Part shown: positions 19,421 through 28,025 of the stretch, in pieces
Position numbering within the stretch: the stretch's first letter is position 1
How the letters are laid out: each line of letters opens with the position of its first letter
DNA from: Candidatus Bathyarchaeota archaeon
GTDB lineage: Archaea; Thermoproteota; Bathyarchaeia; TCS64
Length of the DNA: 64,000 bases
Direction of reading: 5' to 3'
Assembly: GCA_963769425.1 (NCBI GenBank)
Contig: CAVYLP010000006.1
Coordinates: 640,001 to 704,000 of the forward strand
Position numbers and translations under genes: made by a program
The notes under the pieces: generated by a model
What the model was told of the DNA's origin: nothing
The model's database searches: none
Seen by the model: only the letters and a program-made list of their open reading frames with translations

Positions 19421-20596
19421 CTACTTAGCCTTCACCAGCAGGGCGGAGCCGAGGCATAGGGCGGCGAACAGCGCCATCGAGAGGATGCTCAACGAGTAGG
19501 AGCCCGTCGAGTCGAGAATCACACCGGCGAGGGGCTGCGTCGCGGCTATCCCTATGTTCCCGCATATACCGAGTACGGCGAAGCCTATGCCCGCCTTGCT
19601 CGGCCCGAGTATCTCCGATGGCAATGTCTGAATGTTCCCGGGCATCATCGCGGAGACTAGACCGATGGCAACTATGCCCCCGATCAAAATGATTCCAGAT
19701 GAGTACGCGGCGGCCACCTCGGTGAGGCAGAGGAGGGCGGCCCCCGCCACAATGAACACCTTCCTCTTACCGATCCTATCCGACAACGTCCCGTAGATCG
19801 GGACGGCGAAGAGGGATATCCAGCTCAGCAGGCTGGCGTAGAAGCTCGCCTCCACCGGTGTGAAGCCCTTGTAGGTGGTCAGCAGCGTTGGGGCCCATGT
19901 GTTAAAGGAGAGAATGGCCCCATTGAAGAATAGCCAGATTATCCCCACCTTCCACACCTCGGCGTTCTTAAATGAGGATAAGCCGCTGAATCCGCCTCCT
20001 CGGGTCGACATCGGGCCATCCCTGACTATAAGTACGTAGACGGCTGTGGCGACGACCCCGATGGCGAGGCTCACGTAGAACGCGGAGCGCCACCCGTAGG
20101 TCACTGCGAGTGTCCCCGCCGTCGGGAAGGCGACTATTGTAGCGATCGGCATACTGACGGTGAAGACCCCCATTGCCTTGCCGAGCTCCGCCCTGTTGAA
20201 CCACTGGGGCACGATTGCAGGCGTCACTATGAGTATCAGGGAGCCGCCGATTCCGAGGATGAGCCTTGCAATTAGTAGCGCAGTGAAGGAGTCCGCCGTA
20301 GCCGTAAGCAGGGAGCTTATCACCACGCAGACGAGGGCGACGCCGCCCGTGACCCGGGCTCCGTACCTCTCCATGGCGATGCTTACGGGGATACTGAGGA
20401 TGATCCCCGGGAGGAGGACGAACGACATCAAGAGCCCCGCCTCCGCGTTGCTGACGCTGAACTCTTGCACGATCGAAGTCATCAGCGGCGGCACCACCTG
20501 GAGCCCGAAGGCGTAGGCCACGTAGGCGAGGAGAGAAGCTAGGAGCATTGCCCACTTGAGGCGCTGGGATACCGCGCCGGCGGCACCATCGACCAT
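19421..20596 (-). CDS. MFS transporter
   Basis: About 12 hydrophobic segments and GTLSDRIGKRK motif. Confidence 0.9.
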   Translation of the reverse strand: MVDGAAGAVSQRLKWAMLLASLLAYVAYAFGLQVVPPLMTSIVQEFSVSNAEAGLLMSFVLLPGIILSIPVSIAMERYGARVTGGVALVCVVISSLLTATADSFTALLIARLILGIGGSLILIVTPAIVPQWFNRAELGKAMGVFTVSMPIATIVAFPTAGTLAVTYGWRSAFYVSLAIGVVATAVYVLIVRDGPMSTRGGGFSGLSSFKNAEVWKVGIIWLFFNGAILSFNTWAPTLLTTYKGFTPVEASFYASLLSWISLFAVPIYGTLSDRIGKRKVFIVAGAALLCLTEVAAAYSSGIILIGGIVAIGLVSAMMPGNIQTLPSEILGPSKAGIGFAVLGICGNIGIAATQPLAGVILDSTGSYSLSILSMALFAALCLGSALLVKAK

Positions 20597-20647
20597 GACC
20601 CTACCAAATGCGCGTCAAAAATTAGAACCCTTCTAAGGGGGGTGGGG

Positions 20648-22183
20648 TCAAAAGCCGTAGATTTTCCCGTACTTCTTGGCGAGGTAGGCGATGAAGGGCT
20701 TCACGGTGAGGTTCTCGCCGGTGACCTCCTTGACGAGGTCGGCTGGGTCGTAGAGGTTGCCTTTCTGGTGGACGTTCTCCACGAGCCACCCCTTTACGGG
20801 CTGAAAGTTACCCTTCCTCAGCTCCTTCTTCCAAGGGGGGACGTCCCTCCTGAGCTTCTTCAGGAACATTCCGCCGTAGATGTTACCGAGGGCGTAGCTG
20901 GGGAAGTAGCCATAGAGGCCGCTCGCCCAGTGGGTGTCCTGCATCACGCCCTCTGAGTCGTTCTCGATCTCTACGCCAAGGTACTTGTCGTACTTCTCGT
21001 TCCACGCGCGGGGTAGCTCATTGACCTTAAGCTTGCCCGAGAAGATGTCCCTTTCCATCTCGAAGCGTATGATTATATGGAGCCCATAGGTGACCTCGTC
21101 GGCCTCGATCCTGATCTTGCTCGACTCGACCGTGTTCACGGCGGCGACGAAGTCGGCGAGCTTGACCCCCGTGAGGGGCTTCCCGACGATCTTCTTGAGC
21201 CGTGGGAGCATGTAGCTGAGGAACTCTGGGCTGTGGCCCACCATGTTCTCCACGAATCTGCTCTGGCTCTCATGTATGCCGAAGCTGGAGGCTCCGCCTA
21301 CGGGCTGGTACATCCACGCCTGTGGGAGGTTCTGCTCGTAGAGGGCATGTCCTCCCTCATGCATCACGCTGTAGAGACTCGAAGGCCACCTGTCCTCGTA
21401 GTAGTGGGTGGTTATGCGGACATCATCGTAGTAGCCGGTTGTGAATGGGTGCTCCGTCTCGTCGAGGCGTCCTCCCGCGTTGGGGCCCTTCGTGTCGTAG
21501 CCAATGAACTCCATCGCGGCGTCGCTAATCTTCTTCTGCACCTCTATCGGGACGGGGCGGCTCAGTATCGAGGTATCTGGCTTGTAGCCGGACTTCTCCA
21601 CCTTCTTCATGACATCGATGAGGCCCAACCGCATACCGTCGAAGGTCTTAGTGATCTTGTCGGCGGTCATCTTCGACTCGAAGGAGTCGAGGAGGGCGTC
21701 GTAGGGGGTCTTCGTCCCCTTGACCTCCATGAGTATATCCGCGGCCTTCTGGCGGAGCTCGATCATCTTCTTCAGATCGGGCCGGAACATCTTGTAGTCC
21801 TTCGCGACCTTCGCCTTCTTCCAGACCCCGACGGCTATCGTCTGCTGCTTCGCCGTCTCGAAGACCAGCTCCTCGGGGAGCTTCGTCGCCTCGTCATACG
21901 CCTTGCGGGCGAGGTAGACGTTGCGCCTCTGGACCTGGTCCACGTCGACGTAACCGGGGTCCTTCTCGATGGACTCAATGGTCTTCCCGACTCGCGGGTC
22001 GGTGAGCATCTTGTGGCCCGTGAGCTCGAGTTGGGCTACCTGCTGACTTCGGAGGTTCAATGCCTTGGGGGGCATCTTAGTCTCCATGTCCCAGCTGACG
22101 AGAGCCGTGGTCGAGTTTAGGATGGCGAGTTCCTTCGACTCGGAGAGGAGCTCGTCGTAAGCCTTTTGCAGGTTCGTATTCAT
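20648..22183 (-). CDS. Carboxypeptidase M32 (Taq-like)
   Basis: HPFTTG, DVRITT, HEGGHALYEQ, IHESQS, IRIEADEVTYGLH, QDTHW, GYFPSYALG. Confidence 0.95.
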   Translation of the reverse strand: MNTNLQKAYDELLSESKELAILNSTTALVSWDMETKMPPKALNLRSQQVAQLELTGHKMLTDPRVGKTIESIEKDPGYVDVDQVQRRNVYLARKAYDEATKLPEELVFETAKQQTIAVGVWKKAKVAKDYKMFRPDLKKMIELRQKAADILMEVKGTKTPYDALLDSFESKMTADKITKTFDGMRLGLIDVMKKVEKSGYKPDTSILSRPVPIEVQKKISDAAMEFIGYDTKGPNAGGRLDETEHPFTTGYYDDVRITTHYYEDRWPSSLYSVMHEGGHALYEQNLPQAWMYQPVGGASSFGIHESQSRFVENMVGHSPEFLSYMLPRLKKIVGKPLTGVKLADFVAAVNTVESSKIRIEADEVTYGLHIIIRFEMERDIFSGKLKVNELPRAWNEKYDKYLGVEIENDSEGVMQDTHWASGLYGYFPSYALGNIYGGMFLKKLRRDVPPWKKELRKGNFQPVKGWLVENVHQKGNLYDPADLVKEVTGENLTVKPFIAYLAKKYGKIYGF

Positions 22184-22231
22184 AATGTGATATTTCTTGC
22201 CTGAGGCTTTATCCTTTTTCAAAAAAAGGTG

Positions 22232-23362
22232 CTACTTGATGAGGTAGTCGTCGAGGTGGTCCTTGGCTTTCTCCCTCTTCTCCTGGAAGTCGACGAGGAA
22301 AATTTTCACCATCTTGGCGAGGCGCGCCTTGCAGTCGCCACAGACGAGGGCGCCGGCGCGGCACTCCGTCTCTATCTCCGCCAGCTTCTTGTCCTCCTCC
22401 TCGAATAGGTAGTAGTAGTAGGCGTAGATGTTGCAGGCCTCTGGGCGTCCTCCGCGCTCCCTCTGGAGCTTTATCGTCTCCCTGCCCCCCGTGTAGGCGG
22501 CCATGACCTTCTTCGCCGCGGCCTCGGGCTTATCCGTGGTGAAGATAGCCGACTCCGGCTGGCTGGCGCTCATCTTGCCTCCCTGAGTGAGAGGCGGGAG
22601 GAACTTGTTGTGTATCTGCGTCGGCTTAGTGTAGCCCATCTTCTCCGCGATGTCGCGGGTCATGCGCCAGTATGGGTCCTGGTCGATGGCCGCCGGGATC
22701 AGGCACGCCACGTTGCGCCCCTCGCGGTAGCTCTGCAGGAAGCACGTCATCGCCTGAAGGGCTGGGTACCAAGTGAGGCCGATGTTGTCGGAGTCGGTGA
22801 AACCAAAGACAGCCTTCACCGTGCTCATGGTTATCCTCTTCGACACCTGGAGGCCCAGCTTGTAGATGTGCCCGATGTGGTCGGTGTCGCTGAAGATGTG
22901 TGTCAGCTCAGGCTGCACACCGCAGGCGATGACATCCAAGGCATTCTCGTAGGAGTAGGCGATGGTCTCGTCGAGTGTCAGGTCCTCCCTGTGCAGGAAC
23001 TTCTCGTCGTCGGTCATCTGGAAGTAGAGTTTGGCGTTGTACGCCTTCTGGAGGTAGGCGCAGAAGAACCATGGCAGCAGGTGGCCTAGGTGGACGCCGC
23101 CTGAGGGGCCGCGGCCCGTGTAAAGGCCGACTGGGCGCCCCGCGTCGTGCTCGTTCAGCCACCAGTCTAGGTCCCTGTGGCTGAAGTATACGTCTCGGCG
23201 GAGCTGCATGTGCATGAAGCCCGCTTGTTTGGCGATCCGCTCCTTTAGCTCCTCCGTGAGTGGCTGGGTGCCGAAGCGCTCGATGAGCTTGTTGTAGTCT
23301 ATGTCACCCTTGACCTCCCACGGGGTCACGACCATGTTGCCGTTCTTGTTGTCTGCGCTCAA
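22232..23362 (-). CDS. trpS: Tryptophan--tRNA ligase
   Basis: VTPWEV, YTGRGPS..HLGH, IDQDPYWR, KMSAS. Confidence 0.97.
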   Translation of the reverse strand: MSADNKNGNMVVTPWEVKGDIDYNKLIERFGTQPLTEELKERIAKQAGFMHMQLRRDVYFSHRDLDWWLNEHDAGRPVGLYTGRGPSGGVHLGHLLPWFFCAYLQKAYNAKLYFQMTDDEKFLHREDLTLDETIAYSYENALDVIACGVQPELTHIFSDTDHIGHIYKLGLQVSKRITMSTVKAVFGFTDSDNIGLTWYPALQAMTCFLQSYREGRNVACLIPAAIDQDPYWRMTRDIAEKMGYTKPTQIHNKFLPPLTQGGKMSASQPESAIFTTDKPEAAAKKVMAAYTGGRETIKLQRERGGRPEACNIYAYYYYLFEEEDKKLAEIETECRAGALVCGDCKARLAKMVKIFLVDFQEKREKAKDHLDDYLIK

Positions 23363-23390
23363 TTTCTCTGCCTCCTGCCGGTGGCGGCGT

Positions 23391-23508
23391 ATGGGCTATC
23401 CCTGCAGCTCGCCCGGTTTAGAAGCTTTCTAGGAGCTAAGGGTTGTGTGACCTCGGCTAGGCTGAAACCCAGTCCAGTTGATACACGACCATCTCAGTCC
23501 CAGCCCAC
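23391..23508 (-). ncRNA. Candidate structured small RNA / leader upstream of trpS
   Basis: Long imperfect hairpin at 23431-23501 with G-U pairs favouring the minus strand, an outer stem (23391-98 with 23501-08), and TTTTTAT about 24 nt upstream. Confidence 0.4.
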
Positions 23509-23540
23509 TAATGGTTTAGATTGGATAAAAAGGTTGTTGA

Positions 23541-24089
23541 CTAGGCTATCCTCTTCGTCATGATGAGGGCGTCTATGTAGGAACCCTCGTACTTTATGGC
23601 ATCGGGGATTTTTCCCGTGATATCGTAGCCGAGCTTCTCGTAGGTGTGTATGGCGCGTGCGTTGTTCTCGAAGACCTCCAGATCGACAACCTCGACGCCG
23701 AGGCGGCTAACCTGCCTCTCGGCCTCGAGCATCATCTCCTGCCCTATGCCCTGGTCCCTGTAGCCGTCGAGGAGGCTTATGCCGAGGGTGCCGAGGTGGC
23801 TTGAGTAGCCCCTCTTCGGCGTTATCTCGCAACTCCCCACCATCCGCCGATCGACCTCGGCGACGACGGCGACCATCTTATCCTTCTCAACGTTGCCGAG
23901 GAGGTTGCCGATCCAGGTGATCTCTGAGTCGCGTGTCTGCATCTCGTTCATCAGGATCATGGCCTTCTCCTCGACGAGGCTGTTGATGAAGTGAAGCATG
24001 TCGTCGAGGTCGGCCCACTTGGGGGCGCGAAGGGTAACTTTTCTGCCGTCGCGCGCCTTGAAGCTCCGGTAGACGGTCCCTTCCTTCAT
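23541..24089 (-). CDS. GNAT N-acetyltransferase
   Basis: YRDQGIGQEM, LEVFENNARAIHTYEKLGY. Confidence 0.9.
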   Translation of the reverse strand: MKEGTVYRSFKARDGRKVTLRAPKWADLDDMLHFINSLVEEKAMILMNEMQTRDSEITWIGNLLGNVEKDKMVAVVAEVDRRMVGSCEITPKRGYSSHLGTLGISLLDGYRDQGIGQEMMLEAERQVSRLGVEVVDLEVFENNARAIHTYEKLGYDITGKIPDAIKYEGSYIDALIMTKRIA

Positions 24090-24128
24090 GGCTTACCAGC
24101 TCTGATTATGTTCGGAGTTGATTAAAAA

Positions 24129-24590
24129 TTACTTGATTATGTCGAGGAGGGCCTGCTCGAGTGTCTTGCCCGGCGGCGGGTTCTCGATGATCTCCCCGAC
24201 TCTTTCCCCCTTCTTGTCTACGACTACGATGTGTGGTATCTTTACGACTCCGAACTCCTCCACCTCAGGCGCACACGGTGGGATCGCCCACCTCCGGGTG
24301 TTACTCTTCGCGTCCCTCATCATATGACCGAAGACCCTCACGCTGAGCCCCGTCGCCTCGGCGAGCATGTCGAGGACTGGGACGTTTCTCATGCAGTCTG
24401 GGCACCACTCCGCGCTGAAGGCGACAAGGGTGTAGTCCTTCGCCTTCTTCTTCAGCTCCTTCACGACTGCTGTGTCGAGCTTGTACTCGGCGCGCCTCTT
24501 ATCGAAGCCGTCCTTCGCCTTGCTAGGAGCGGAGACGTAGTCGTGGACGGCCTCCGAGTTCTTTCTGATTTTTGATAAGTCGCAATTCAA
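24129..24590 (-). CDS. Thioredoxin-family protein
   Basis: AFSAEWCPDC active site and KIPHIVV cis-Pro loop. Confidence 0.85.
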   Translation of the reverse strand: MNCDLSKIRKNSEAVHDYVSAPSKAKDGFDKRRAEYKLDTAVVKELKKKAKDYTLVAFSAEWCPDCMRNVPVLDMLAEATGLSVRVFGHMMRDAKSNTRRWAIPPCAPEVEEFGVVKIPHIVVVDKKGERVGEIIENPPPGKTLEQALLDIIK

Positions 24591-24639
24591 CTGGATTCAG
24601 GGGATGGGTTGTTTCTGTGGTTTAAAGAGGTTTAGCGGT

Positions 24640-25551
24640 CTACGCGGCAAGTTGCGGCATCATCAGCACGCCCTCGTCCTCGTGCCCTTTGACCCTAAGG
24701 TCCTCGAGCGGCACGCCAGCCCTTTTCCTGCTCCTGAAGACGCTTACTTCGCTGAAGCCTGACTTCTCTAGTAGGTCGAGCGCCTCGGGGATGTTGAAGC
24801 CGAGTGTCTTCGGTATATGTGTGTCGCTCCCGACGGTTATCGTCCTGACGCCCGCCTTGCGCGCCTCCCTGACGAAGTCGTTGACTGGGAAGAATGTGCC
24901 CGAGCCGTGGCGCGTGCTGCTCGTGTTTATCTCGAACCCTATGTTGTAGCTGGCGAGCCTGTCGAAGGAGTTGTAGATCGTCGGAGTGAAGTCCTCAAAG
25001 GTTAGGATCGGGTAGCCCAGCGATGGCAGGTACTTCTTGAAGTAGTCCGGGTGAGCCATCACGTCGAAGAGGCCGCTCTCGATCGCTTGGTTCCACACTC
25101 CGAGGTACTCGTTTATCGACTCCCGCAGCGGCCTCCCGCTGAAGAACTGCATCGCCTCTCCCCTGCTTGCTATGCTGAGCCCGTGTACGTGGTGGACGCT
25201 CCCGAGTATAAAGTCGAAGGGGTACTCCGTCAGAACTCTCTCGATGTTGCGCTCCTCCTCGGGGAAGTAGTCAACCTCGAGGCCTGCCCTCAGGGTCACG
25301 TCGGTGCCCTCCTGGGCGTCGAGTATCTCGTTGAGGTACTCGGGTATCTCTTCTGGCTGTATGCCGAAGCCGTGATCTATCCCACCCGTTATCATGTGGG
25401 TTGTGAACGTGACCTCGTCTATTCTCCTCGCCTCGGCGGTCTTTACAACTTCCCTTATGGACATCGCAGCTGCGTCTGAACTATGTCTCTCATGGACGTG
25501 GTAATCAAATGCTCTCTTATATTCGCTCATCTTCTTTTCTTGATACGACAC
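24640..25551 (-). CDS. PHP-family phosphatase (histidinol-phosphatase HisJ-like)
   Basis: DYHVH, GLEVDY, FDFILGSVH, AHPDY, EINTS, GSDTH. Confidence 0.9.
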   Translation of the reverse strand: MSYQEKKMSEYKRAFDYHVHERHSSDAAAMSIREVVKTAEARRIDEVTFTTHMITGGIDHGFGIQPEEIPEYLNEILDAQEGTDVTLRAGLEVDYFPEEERNIERVLTEYPFDFILGSVHHVHGLSIASRGEAMQFFSGRPLRESINEYLGVWNQAIESGLFDVMAHPDYFKKYLPSLGYPILTFEDFTPTIYNSFDRLASYNIGFEINTSSTRHGSGTFFPVNDFVREARKAGVRTITVGSDTHIPKTLGFNIPEALDLLEKSGFSEVSVFRSRKRAGVPLEDLRVKGHEDEGVLMMPQLAA

Positions 25552-25565
25552 TCACCGCCCTAAGC

Positions 25566-25613
25566 TATATTGTAATCTTATTTATTATATAGATGAATCG
25601 TATATTATATAGA
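25566..25613. promoter_or_regulatory. 20-bp-phased TATAT boxes upstream of the PHP phosphatase gene
   Basis: TATAT at 25566, 25586 and 25606. Exact 11-bp repeat TATTATATAGA at 25583 and 25603. Confidence 0.55.
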
Positions 25614-25617
25614 GAGT

Positions 25618-25914
25618 TTATCGAAGGACGAGCCGCTTTCCCGTCGAGGCATAGGTCAGAGACTCGCGATGTAGCTGGCGTGGTCCGCGACTCTCTCGAG
25701 GTACCTTACGGTGAGGGTGTATTCTATCATAGTCTTCAGGTCCGCCTGTGCCTTCTGTAAGTCCGCGGAGTCATCTTTTGTGCATTAGCAAGCTGCTTTG
25801 TGAGATTATCTATCTGCGCGTTGTAGCTTATGGGCCAGCTGCGAAGTAACCGACCGCGGCACTGACCACTAATCCGATTAGGATAAAGGCTGTGAACCTT
25901 GAACTATTATTCAT
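25618..25914 (-). pseudogene. Chimeric remnant: N-terminus of a membrane-anchored solute-binding protein joined to a PhoU C-terminus
   Basis: With frameshifts it reads MNNSSRFTAFILIGLVVSAAVGYFAAG/SYNAQIDNLTKQLANAQK/DSADLQKAQADLKT-MIEYTLTVRYLERVADHASYIA/SLTYASTGKRLVLR*. The ERVADHA motif is diagnostic of PhoU. Confidence 0.7.
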
Positions 25915-25950
25915 TTTCCTTATTCTCCTCGGCCTAATCCACTCATGGAG

Positions 25951-25982
25951 CGAATTATATAGCTTATCTACGAAATATATAG
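25951..25982. promoter_or_regulatory. 20-bp-phased boxes in the divergent promoter of the PhoU regulator
   Basis: CGAATTATATAG at 25951 and CGAAATATATAG at 25971. Confidence 0.55.
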
Positions 25983-26051
25983 ACAAATCATAGAAATATT
26001 TTTATTATTGTTTCTATAATGATTAATATAAAAAGAGAGTGACCCTATATC

Positions 26052-27137
26052 GTGTCAAGCAAAAAAACCGGAGGAAAGAAGCGCTTGTCCGGTAACGATC
26101 AGATGGAAGAGCTAAGAAAGATACAGGTGACGGGCGGTTCTACCTACATAATCTCCCTCCCGAAGAACTGGGTTGACCAGATGGGCCTCAAGAGAGGCAG
26201 CGTCGTAAGCATGAGCCAACGCGAAGACAGATCGCTGACCATTCAGCCTAAAGGCCTTGTCTCACCCGAGAGGGTCAAGAAGGTCATAATCACAATCAAC
26301 CAAGGGGATAAACCGGAGAGCGTAGTCCGCCGCCTCGTCTCATCCTACCTAGTCGGCTACAACATCATAGAGATCCGCTCCACTGAGAAGAGGATAGACC
26401 TTGAGACCCGCTTCGAGATCAAGGACTTCGTTCGCAAGAAGCTTGTCGGCACCGAGATACTTAGCGACTTACCCAATGAGTTAACACTCCAGATACTCCT
26501 CAGCTACGCTGAACTATCAGTGAAGGATGCTCTCCGCCGTATGGCTATAATCGCCGCGTCCATGCATAGGGACGCCGTTCAGACTCTCAGCACCGACAAC
26601 CCTCGCATAGCAAAAGAAGTAGTGAATATGGACGACGAGGTTGATCGCTTCAGCTTCTACGTGATAAGGCTTCTGAATGTGGCAATAATGGACGCCCATG
26701 TTCTGAAGGACAGCGGGATAGCCACTCCCCGGCAGTGCCTGAGTTATCGTCTCATCACGAAGTCGGTTGAGCGCATGGCGGACCACGCGACGAACATCGC
26801 GGAGAACCGCCTTGCCCTGCACCTCGTGCCAATAAACGACGACATCCTCAAAGAGCTGAACCGGATCAGCCAATCCGCCCTCAAAGTGTTCGAGGACGCG
26901 ATGGAGGCCCTCTTCGATGAGGAGTACGCGGAGGCGGATGGAGTTATGGAGGCCGCGGAGGAGACCCGAGGCATGGAGGACGAGGTCATACACAAGATCG
27001 TGAAGCTTGCCCCCGTCGAGGATGTTCCACAGCTCAGGCTCATCGTGGAGAGCATCGTGAGGACTGCGGAGTATGGTGCCGACATAGCCGAGACCGTCCT
27101 GAACATGGCGGTGAGCGCCGCGGTAACCGAAGCCTAA
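26052..27137 (+). CDS. phoU: Phosphate uptake regulator (AbrB/MazE DNA-binding domain + two PhoU domains)
   Basis: RKIQVTGGSTYIISLPKNWV (AbrB-like), DDEVDRF, VERMADHATNIAE, RTAEYGADIAE. Confidence 0.92.
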   Translation: MSSKKTGGKKRLSGNDQMEELRKIQVTGGSTYIISLPKNWVDQMGLKRGSVVSMSQREDRSLTIQPKGLVSPERVKKVIITINQGDKPESVVRRLVSSYLVGYNIIEIRSTEKRIDLETRFEIKDFVRKKLVGTEILSDLPNELTLQILLSYAELSVKDALRRMAIIAASMHRDAVQTLSTDNPRIAKEVVNMDDEVDRFSFYVIRLLNVAIMDAHVLKDSGIATPRQCLSYRLITKSVERMADHATNIAENRLALHLVPINDDILKELNRISQSALKVFEDAMEALFDEEYAEADGVMEAAEETRGMEDEVIHKIVKLAPVEDVPQLRLIVESIVRTAEYGADIAETVLNMAVSAAVTEA

Positions 27138-27222
27138 CCAATATATTTTCTTATTTCAATATATATTACATCAATCAGATATATAGCATGCTAACTTTTC
27201 CCACTATAGCGAGGGAAAAGAG

Positions 27223-27360
27223 ATGAGCATTATCGAGATAATGTGGTACAGGGAAGCAGTGGCGAGTCGCGAAACCATCGACGAGAAGGACCTCCAGCAG
27301 GCCGAGAAGGAAAAGCGGCTAAAGGAGTCCCGAAAGGAGAAGGGAACCGCTCCCAAGTGA
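27223..27360 (+). CDS. Putative small charged protein (45 aa)
   Basis: MSIIEIMWYREAVASRETIDEKDLQQAEKEKRLKESRKEKGTAPK. Codon usage resembles the genome, and it is preceded by TATAT boxes. Confidence 0.5.
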   Translation: MSIIEIMWYREAVASRETIDEKDLQQAEKEKRLKESRKEKGTAPK

Positions 27361-27449
27361 GTCATTCCATGCCATTTTTTTACATCCTATCAACCTACTT
27401 CGTCCTACCCACATCGTTTTTAAGCACAGCCGCCACCCGCGTATTACGC

Positions 27450-27527
27450 GGGATCGTGGTCTAGCTTGGCTAGGATACGTGGTTCGGGACCACGTGATCC
27501 CCGGTTCAAATCCGGGCGGTCCCACCA
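27450..27527 (+). tRNA. tRNA-Pro (anticodon CGG), CCA encoded
   Basis: GGGATCG...ACGTGG-TTCGGGA-CCACGT...GGTTCAAATCC...CGGTCCCACCA, with TTTTTAAG at 27417-27424. Confidence 0.97.
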
Positions 27528-27541
27528 TCTCCCAATCGGGC

Positions 27542-27901
27542 TCAATTATAATGAGCCATAGACCTGATCACATGGCCGTCGTGGTCAAAAATGAAGACCT
27601 CCGCCGCTTTCTTGTCCCGGGTCACGTTATGGTAATAAATGACGAGACTATCGGCGCCGATCAACACCTCAATTAACTCGAATCTTAGATCAGGTGACTG
27701 GGTAAGCGACTTCTCCCAGTACCTACGGATGTTATTTTTACCTTTCAACATCCCAGAGGGCTCATTCATCATCTGGACGATTCTGGGGCTGGACATCTCG
27801 AAGTCGTTGGAGTAGTGGGAGAGAATCCGGTTGAGATCATGGGCGTTCCAGGAATCGATCCACTCCTTAGCAAATTCCATCGCTCTATCCTTTGTAATCA
27901 T
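27542..27901 (-). CDS. SnoaL-like / NTF2-family protein
   Basis: FAKEWIDSWNAHDLNRILSHYSNDFEMSSP...PDLRFEL. Confidence 0.88.
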   Translation of the reverse strand: MITKDRAMEFAKEWIDSWNAHDLNRILSHYSNDFEMSSPRIVQMMNEPSGMLKGKNNIRRYWEKSLTQSPDLRFELIEVLIGADSLVIYYHNVTRDKKAAEVFIFDHDGHVIRSMAHYN

Positions 27902-28025
27902 TGGGTCCCCATGAGCTCTGGTCTCATCGAAAATCAAACTATCGATATATTCTGGATGATCCCGAAACTATTCCTTGGGCTCGTAAGTGTTATACCCGCC
28001 CTACCCAGCCACATAACCGATAATT

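Noticed and set aside
21077-22120. Long antisense ORFs (also 7746-8621, 29076-29897, 45273-46067) and the same-strand shifted-frame ORF 60493-61284
   Set aside because: Shadow frames of GC3-rich genes with clear identities. They carry no motifs of their own.
23391-23508. 5S rRNA or SRP RNA identity for the 118-nt structured element
   Set aside because: It lacks the conserved 5S CCGAAC loop and the SRP helix 8 GNRA/asymmetric-loop motif.
27319-27676. ORFs 27319-27528 and 27479-27676
   Set aside because: They overlap tRNA-Pro and are typical spurious tRNA-derived frames.
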